NCBI GenBank assembly: GCA_001766815.1
Contig: LYOS01000004.1
Coordinates: 1 to 32,000 of the forward strand
Length of the DNA: 32,000 nucleotides
Reading direction: 5' to 3'
Source of the DNA: Candidatus Syntropharchaeum caldarium
GTDB taxonomy: Archaea; Halobacteriota; Syntropharchaeia; Syntropharchaeales; Syntropharchaeaceae
Both the position numbers and the translations under genes were made by a program. Below, in pieces: positions 26,960 to 32,000 of this stretch; position 1 is the first letter of the stretch, and each line of letters starts with the position of its first letter. A model generated the notes under the pieces. It did not search any database. It saw only the letters and a program-made list of their open reading frames with translations, and had not been told where the DNA came from.

Positions 26960-27421
26960 ATGGTTTTAAGACATGTGGAAGGGAAGCTTCTTGGAGAGTG
27001 CAGAAGTACCTGGAATGGTGGCGTGCGATCAGTTACAACATTTGACGGAGCTTTTCCACTCATAATGGACGAACCAGAAGATTTCATCGGTACTGGCGAG
27101 GGTCCCACTCCAATGGAAGTGATGCTTGCATCGATTTCAGGCTGTGCGGTCGCAACGTTTGCCTATATCGCAGGTAAGATGAATATCAAGATTGAAGATC
27201 TTTCTGCAGTTGCAAAAGGCGAGGCAATCCATCGTGAAGCGGGTGGTTGGCTGATCAATGATGTCGAGACAACGATAAATGTCAGAGTTGCAGGAGATAC
27301 GTCACCTGAGAAAGTTGAAGCATGTTTTAAACAGTATCAGTATTTTTGTGCGATAAAAAATTCAATTGAAGCAGGCATTCCAATAAAAGCAGACCTGAAT
27401 TTAAAGATAGAGGGGGAATAA
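26960..27421 (+). CDS. osmC: OsmC/Ohr-family peroxiredoxin-like protein
   Basis: 153 aa. GTGEGPTPMEVMLASISGCAVATFAYIAGKM contains the first conserved Cys. The second Cys is in QYFCAIKNS. The length is typical for OsmC. Confidence 0.85.
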   Translation: MVLRHVEGKLLGECRSTWNGGVRSVTTFDGAFPLIMDEPEDFIGTGEGPTPMEVMLASISGCAVATFAYIAGKMNIKIEDLSAVAKGEAIHREAGGWLINDVETTINVRVAGDTSPEKVEACFKQYQYFCAIKNSIEAGIPIKADLNLKIEGE

Positions 27422-27427
27422 GGCGAG

Positions 27428-28066
27428 ATGGACGTATTTGTAGAGTGCGCGGAAGAAACAGGTGCACTTGCATTCCAGATGTTAACGGAGAGTATAATCG
27501 AGGATCTCCATGCAGGGAGACTGATCGAGCGGGTGCGCGAGTATATTGATATTGACATACCGCTCTTCTATATTTCGATCAAACCCCACCGATCCACCCA
27601 GAAGATAGAGATGCGCGATCTTGTATCCATTATCGAGGCAACAGAGGATGGGATAAAAGTCTCCATCGATGATGAGACATATGCACCCTATCTCCTGCCG
27701 CTTCTCTGGGAAAAATACGGCGATAAGGTGCATCAGATTGAGCGTAACAGGCTTGAAATCAATGGGGTAACTGAAGACGAACTTATGGCAATCCCGATCG
27801 AAGATATAAAAATGAAAGAGATTGATGATATTCTGAATCATATCATCTTCCACGTGATACCGATCGGCTTCAGGGTGATTCGAAATATCTCTGAAGGGGA
27901 TGAGATCAGGTATATCGCATCAGAGAACTCGATAACCGATGAGATGGTTGAGAAGGTTAAAAAAATCGTCGCAAAACCGCCAAAAGAACTGAGTCTTCGA
28001 AGGGAAGATATATTAAAGCCTTCAAAGAAGACTTATGTCGCAAGTTACAAAGAGAGCTATGTTTAA
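27428..28066 (+). CDS. Uncharacterised acidic cytoplasmic protein
   Basis: 212 aa with no TM segment or signal peptide and no motif I can name. It starts 6 nt after the osmC stop. The reading frame is long, clean and has typical composition. Confidence 0.6.
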   Translation: MDVFVECAEETGALAFQMLTESIIEDLHAGRLIERVREYIDIDIPLFYISIKPHRSTQKIEMRDLVSIIEATEDGIKVSIDDETYAPYLLPLLWEKYGDKVHQIERNRLEINGVTEDELMAIPIEDIKMKEIDDILNHIIFHVIPIGFRVIRNISEGDEIRYIASENSITDEMVEKVKKIVAKPPKELSLRREDILKPSKKTYVASYKESYV

Positions 28067-28140
28067 TTCTCAGGGGTGTAAAGATTCCAGAAAATAGCGG
28101 TGAAGAGAAGGGAAAACATGGACGGGTAATTGTTGCTACA

Positions 28141-28956
28141 ATGGGACTTTTTATCCTGATTGTTCAGGTTGCTGCGGTTGTGCTTGCACCTGATTTTGAG
28201 TCAGCGGGTATTGTGGCATTTGAAAATCCTGAGTCTGTCACAAATCCAATCATCTACATAGGTTTTATACTTCTATTCACGCTTTTCCTCCTTTTTGTGA
28301 TGAAACGTGGTAAGGAATGGCTCATAAAATTTGTGATGTACGGTGCAATCTTTGGGACACTCTTCTACGTCTTTGTACTCCCTTTTTCTACTTTGGCTGC
28401 TATTGTAAGCGCTTTTCTGGTCACGCTTTTAATCTACGCCTACCCTGAGTGGTATATCGTCGATGCAGTAGGACTTCTTATCGGTGCAGGTGCAACAGCG
28501 ATCTTTGGGGTGTCACTCACGGTTCTTCCCGTGATCATACTGCTTGTTATCCTTGCAATCTATGATGCGATCTCGGTTTATCAAACAAAACACATGGTGA
28601 CCCTGGCAGAGGGTGTACTTGATCTTAAAGTTCCAATTCTCTTCATACTGCCCAGAAAAAGGGGGTTCTCCTATCTTGTGAATACAGAATTTAAGCAGGG
28701 TGATGTCTTTATTATGGGACTTGGTGATGCAATAATACCCTCGATCCTGGTTGTATCTGCAAACTTCTACCTAACTGATCTCCCCACAATCTGGATTCTC
28801 AACTATCCTGCACTTGGCGCAATGATCGGAACGATGATGGGTTATGTACTCTTATCTATGTTTGTTGGGAAAGGAAAACCCCATGCAGGATTACCATTTT
28901 TAAATACAGGAGCGATCACTGGCTTTCTTATAGGACTTGGATGCTGCTATCTGTGA
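28141..28956 (+). CDS. Presenilin/signal-peptide-peptidase homolog (archaeal PSH, intramembrane aspartyl protease, family A22)
   Basis: 271 aa polytopic membrane protein. The two catalytic motifs are LAIYDAISVY (YD) and MGLGDAIIPS (GxGD). A C-terminal AGLPFLN segment sits at the PAL-motif position. VAFENPESVTNPIIYIG and YPEWYIVDAVG resemble the Methanoculleus PSH as I recall it. Confidence 0.88.
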   Translation: MGLFILIVQVAAVVLAPDFESAGIVAFENPESVTNPIIYIGFILLFTLFLLFVMKRGKEWLIKFVMYGAIFGTLFYVFVLPFSTLAAIVSAFLVTLLIYAYPEWYIVDAVGLLIGAGATAIFGVSLTVLPVIILLVILAIYDAISVYQTKHMVTLAEGVLDLKVPILFILPRKRGFSYLVNTEFKQGDVFIMGLGDAIIPSILVVSANFYLTDLPTIWILNYPALGAMIGTMMGYVLLSMFVGKGKPHAGLPFLNTGAITGFLIGLGCCYL

Positions 28957-29030
28957 AGTGCACCCATCACCGTCTAATAAATAACGATGCTGCAAAAGGA
29001 TTTAAAAAAAGATTGATTATAGGATAGAAT

Positions 29031-29957
29031 ATGCTCAGAGTGCGCTTTCTTGGAACGGGCGGGTCATTTCCCACACCCACCAGGAATACATCTTCGATAC
29101 TCTTCAATCGAGAAGGTGAACTTCTCCTCTTTGACTGTGGGGAAGGTACACAGCGGCAGATGATGCGTACAAAGAGCGGTATGGGAAGTTTAAAATCTGT
29201 TTTTCTCACTCACCTTCATGCAGATCATTTTCTTGGGTTGCCGGGTGTTATACAGACACTATCGTTCCAGAAGAGGACAGAAGAACTCACAATTTTTGGG
29301 ACAGAAGGAACAGAAGAACTTATGGAACATATAATGGCACTTGGGAAGTTTAAACCACGTTTTGAAGTGCGGGTAAAGGAGTTATCCCCTGGAGATGTAA
29401 TCAAGCGATCCGGCTATAAAATTCGGGTGATCAGGACTGAGCATAGCATCCCCAGTATCGGGTACGTCCTTGAGGAGGATGTAAGGCCTGGAAAGTTTGA
29501 CAGAGAACGGGCGATCGAGCTTGGTGTGCCACCAGGTCCGCTATTTTCAAAGCTCCATCATGGTGAGTCAGTGACAGTCAATGGGAGAGAGATAAGGTCA
29601 GAAGAGGTTGTTGGGCCACCAAGACCCGGCAGAAAGGTTGTTTACACAGGAGATACGCGCCCGTGCAGGTCGGTTATCGAGGCTGCAAAAGGTGCAGATC
29701 TTTTAATACATGACTCAACAATGGGAGCTGAGCTTGCAGACTGGGCAGTAAATTACCGACACTCGACTGCACTTGAGGCGGCAGAGGTTGCAAAGGAGGC
29801 AGGAGTTGCCCGGCTTCTTCTCACACACATTAGCCCCCGTTACTCAAATAGCGCAAAGCGCCTCCTCGATGATGCAAAAAAGGTCTTTGAAAACGTGACC
29901 ATCGCAGAGGATCTCATGGAGATCGAGGTGAAATATAGAGATAAAAAAGAACACTGA
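29031..29957 (+). CDS. rnz: Ribonuclease Z (tRNA 3' endonuclease, metallo-beta-lactamase fold)
   Basis: 308 aa. Motifs: FLGTGGSFPTPTRN, LLFDCGEGTQRQM, the His motif LTHLHADHFLGLPG, and a C-terminal LLLTHISPRY. Confidence 0.95.
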   Translation: MLRVRFLGTGGSFPTPTRNTSSILFNREGELLLFDCGEGTQRQMMRTKSGMGSLKSVFLTHLHADHFLGLPGVIQTLSFQKRTEELTIFGTEGTEELMEHIMALGKFKPRFEVRVKELSPGDVIKRSGYKIRVIRTEHSIPSIGYVLEEDVRPGKFDRERAIELGVPPGPLFSKLHHGESVTVNGREIRSEEVVGPPRPGRKVVYTGDTRPCRSVIEAAKGADLLIHDSTMGAELADWAVNYRHSTALEAAEVAKEAGVARLLLTHISPRYSNSAKRLLDDAKKVFENVTIAEDLMEIEVKYRDKKEH

Positions 29958-30086
29958 CCGAGTAATATCTGGAAAGTATTTACGGACAAGGTGGTATTTC
30001 ACACAACACAATTATTAGATTCAAGTCTCTCGCTGACCGCGTAACAATCACAATCTTTATTTGAGGTGAGGGGAAAGTAATAACTA

Positions 30087-30833
30087 ATGAACAGTATTGA
30101 ACAGGCACACCTCATCATCAAAGGAAGGGTACAGAAGGCAGGTTATCGTGATCATATCGATGAGATGGCGTTCAATCTTGATCTTACAGGTTATGTGAAG
30201 AATCTTCCCGATGGATCGGTTGAGGTTGTCTGTGAAGGAGAGCGAGAGAAGATCGAGCAGTTTATCGATCTGATCTGGATAAAACAGTATCCAATCTCGG
30301 TTGAGGATATAGAGGTGGATTATTCAGATGCAACAGGTGAATTCAGAGACTTTGAGATCATAAGAGAAGAGGATCTAACTGAAGCAGTCTATGAACGAAT
30401 GGATACCGCTGCCAGGTATATGCGCGAGATGAACAGGAATCTTGGTGAGAAGATCGATAAAGTCGGGGAGAAGGTTGATGCAGGAAGGGAAGAGAACAAA
30501 CAGGGATTTTCGATGCTTGGTGAGAAGATCGATGGAGTTGCCAAGAAAGTTGACATAGTTGGAGATAAAGTTGATAAAGTTGCTGAGAAGGTTGATATAG
30601 TTGCCGAGAAGGTTGACATAGTTGGAGATAAAGTTGATAAAGTTGCTGAGAAAGTTGACATAGTTGGAGATAAAGTTGATAAAGTTGCCGAGAAGGTCGG
30701 TACCGTCAAAGAGGATACGGGGGAGATACGACGTTCTCTGCATACACTCGAAGATCACATGCTGAAGTATGAAGAGTTACGTCGGGATATTCTTGAGATA
30801 AAGCAGGCTTTGAAGGAGAAGGGGATTGTTTAA
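30087..30833 (+). CDS. Acylphosphatase-like domain protein with C-terminal heptad-repeat (coiled-coil) region
   Basis: The N-terminal ~95 aa match both acylphosphatase signatures (IIKGRVQKAGYR and GYVKNLPDGSVEVVCEG). Residues 121-209 are K-[VI]-D-x-V-x-[DE] heptads. Eight consecutive heptads occupy residues 154-209. Confidence 0.75.
   Translation: MNSIEQAHLIIKGRVQKAGYRDHIDEMAFNLDLTGYVKNLPDGSVEVVCEGEREKIEQFIDLIWIKQYPISVEDIEVDYSDATGEFRDFEIIREEDLTEAVYERMDTAARYMREMNRNLGEKIDKVGEKVDAGREENKQGFSMLGEKIDGVAKKVDIVGDKVDKVAEKVDIVAEKVDIVGDKVDKVAEKVDIVGDKVDKVAEKVGTVKEDTGEIRRSLHTLEDHMLKYEELRRDILEIKQALKEKGIV
30549..30695 (+). repeat. In-frame tandem repeat: three near-identical 42-bp units plus one 21-bp unit
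   Basis: GTTGACATAGTTGGAGATAAAGTTGATAAAGTTGC(T/C)GAGAA(G/A) occurs at 30549-30590, 30612-30653 and 30654-30695. A related 21-bp unit, GTTGATATAGTTGCCGAGAAG, occupies 30591-30611. Confidence 0.92.
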
Positions 30834-30834
30834 A

Positions 30835-30888
30835 GTGCAGAAGGCAGGTTATCGTGATAAAACCGATAGAGTTGCTGAGAAAGTGTAA
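30835..30888 (+). pseudogene. Collapsed mini-copy of the upstream acylphosphatase-repeat gene (17 codons)
   Basis: The 21-nt CAGAAGGCAGGTTATCGTGAT at 30838-30858 exactly repeats 30132-30152, which encodes VQKAGYRD. GTTGCTGAGAAAGT (30871-30884) repeats part of the 42-bp unit. The segment reads VQKAGYRDKTDRVAEKV-stop and begins 1 nt after the parental stop codon. Confidence 0.5.
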
Positions 30889-30956
30889 AGTCGACGACAG
30901 GACCGATTGTCAGGGATGATACAACCGCAATCTGCACCAGAGAAAGAGGTTAGGGG

Positions 30957-32000
30957 TTATCTGGATCTTCTCTGTCGCACAAAATATCCTGCGAATATTA
31001 TCCCTATAACAACCCAGAGCGGGTGCACCGCTGGCATGATCGCAGGATCTGTTGTGATCTCAAAGTAAGCCGATTTCTCATCACGTTTTCCGCTGATTAA
31101 ATCCTCCACCGTAACCAGTACGCTGTATCTACCCTTCCCAAGCCAGGATGTATCATAGCTTGATGACGCCCAGACCCTCTCAGGCGGCGACTCACTTATC
31201 TCATGAAACTCATCCGCTTCCACACTGTGAAATACACTCTCACCCGTCTCATCGAGGATATCGATCGAGTGCTTGAGCCAGACCTCGTGTCCGCTTTCTG
31301 CACTTTGAACAGCAAAGTTTGCGATCTCATAATAAATCAGGATCGTATCACCAGAGGCATACCGTGTATCTGCTCGCTCGATGAAGTCCCCATCTTCACT
31401 TATCTCCTCACAGAATGCAAGCCGATCGATACTGACGCTCTCACGCAGATCCCTGAAGTTTGCTGAGACGTCGATCACATAAACCGTACTGCAGCCCTTG
31501 TATCCAAGATCACTCCCGCCTGCATAGATACTTTTTGTTGCATCAAGCACCATCCACGCCCCGTACTCATCATTGATAAAATAGACCGGAACCGCTGTGT
31601 TATAGTAAGCTCGCACAGCATCCTGAACCTCATCAGACCCTGACACATCACCTACAAAGACACCTGCAAACATGTGATCATCGGTGAGATAGACCCTGCT
31701 TGTCCCTCCGATCGCCTCAATCATCGCTGCAAGCAGTATTGCATGGTTATCGCAGTCACCCCCACCTGCAAGAATCGTCTCAGCAGGCGTCTGCCAGTAC
31801 TCCGCATCGGGTGGGTCTGAGACGTACTCGATCTGTTCTGATACGCGATCAAAGATCGAGCAGACCTGGTAGATGTTATACTCGCCGGGAAAAGTCTTTA
31901 CAGCAGAGATGGCTTCACTGCGAAGCAAAGATCCAAGCGGGAAGATCAGATCGTTCACCTTATCAAACCTCATCCCACGATCACGCACGTAATCTGGATC
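30957..32000 (-). CDS. Transglutaminase-like (papain-fold) domain protein with C-terminal TM anchor; 5' end possibly outside the window
   Basis: The Cys-His-Asp core candidates are GGGDCDNHAILLAAMIEAIGG, DDHMFAGVFVG and WMVLDAT. A beta-rich C-terminal module follows, then the TM LWVVIGIIFAGYFV and RQRRSR. The frame stays open from the GTG at 31988 to the window edge. Confidence 0.75.
   Translation of the reverse strand, partial: DPDYVRDRGMRFDKVNDLIFPLGSLLRSEAISAVKTFPGEYNIYQVCSIFDRVSEQIEYVSDPPDAEYWQTPAETILAGGGDCDNHAILLAAMIEAIGGTSRVYLTDDHMFAGVFVGDVSGSDEVQDAVRAYYNTAVPVYFINDEYGAWMVLDATKSIYAGGSDLGYKGCSTVYVIDVSANFRDLRESVSIDRLAFCEEISEDGDFIERADTRYASGDTILIYYEIANFAVQSAESGHEVWLKHSIDILDETGESVFHSVEADEFHEISESPPERVWASSSYDTSWLGKGRYSVLVTVEDLISGKRDEKSAYFEITTDPAIMPAVHPLWVVIGIIFAGYFVRQRRSR

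Noticed and set aside
30549-30695. Possible CRISPR-like array of 42-bp repeats
   Set aside because: The units are directly abutting with no spacers. They are in frame within a CDS and encode heptads. No cas genes are adjacent.
30375-30758. 127-aa and 106-aa minus-strand ORFs across the repeat tract
   Set aside because: They are open only because the 21/42-bp repeats lack stops in several frames. The plus-strand frame carries the recognisable acylphosphatase domain.

Overview
Dense, almost fully coding archaeal chromosome segment. It looks euryarchaeal and methanogen/Methanomicrobia-like: Taw1, RadB, an RFC small-subunit paralog, archaeal-type ThrRS with an N-terminal editing domain, type-2 IPP isomerase, XPD, a presenilin-type protease, and a tRNA without encoded CCA. 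Positions 88-26907 are transcribed almost entirely on the minus strand, with many 4-14 nt stop/start overlaps. The strand switches at a palindromic TATA element (26929-26938). Order of content: a truncated DUF333/C1-peptidase gene; pdxT-taw1-coaBC; tRNA-Arg(UCU) with a small wHTH gene; a bacterial-type heat-shock block (dnaK-grpE-dnaJ(CbpA-type)-cbpM-like-clpB, plus hsp20); thrS; a divergent RFC small subunit; radB; fni; two paralogous C-terminally anchored surface proteins; a tightly coupled four-gene unit (IDH-family dehydrogenase, Cas4-like Fe-S PD-(D/E)XK nuclease with a long C-terminal extension, APH-fold kinase, Mre11/SbcD nuclease with no Rad50 in view); a short serine recombinase beside a ~140 bp tract of ~11% GC; XPD; then on the plus strand OsmC, an unknown acidic protein, a presenilin homolog, RNase Z and an acylphosphatase-like protein with near-perfect 42-bp/heptad repeats; finally a transglutaminase-like membrane protein. 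No CRISPR array, rRNA or clear transposon was seen. The best candidate for an undescribed system is the dehydrogenase/nuclease/kinase/Mre11 unit (19457-23976), with its flanking recombinase and surface-protein pair. This is a hypothesis from motifs and gene coupling only. All calls come from reading the translations; no database search was possible.
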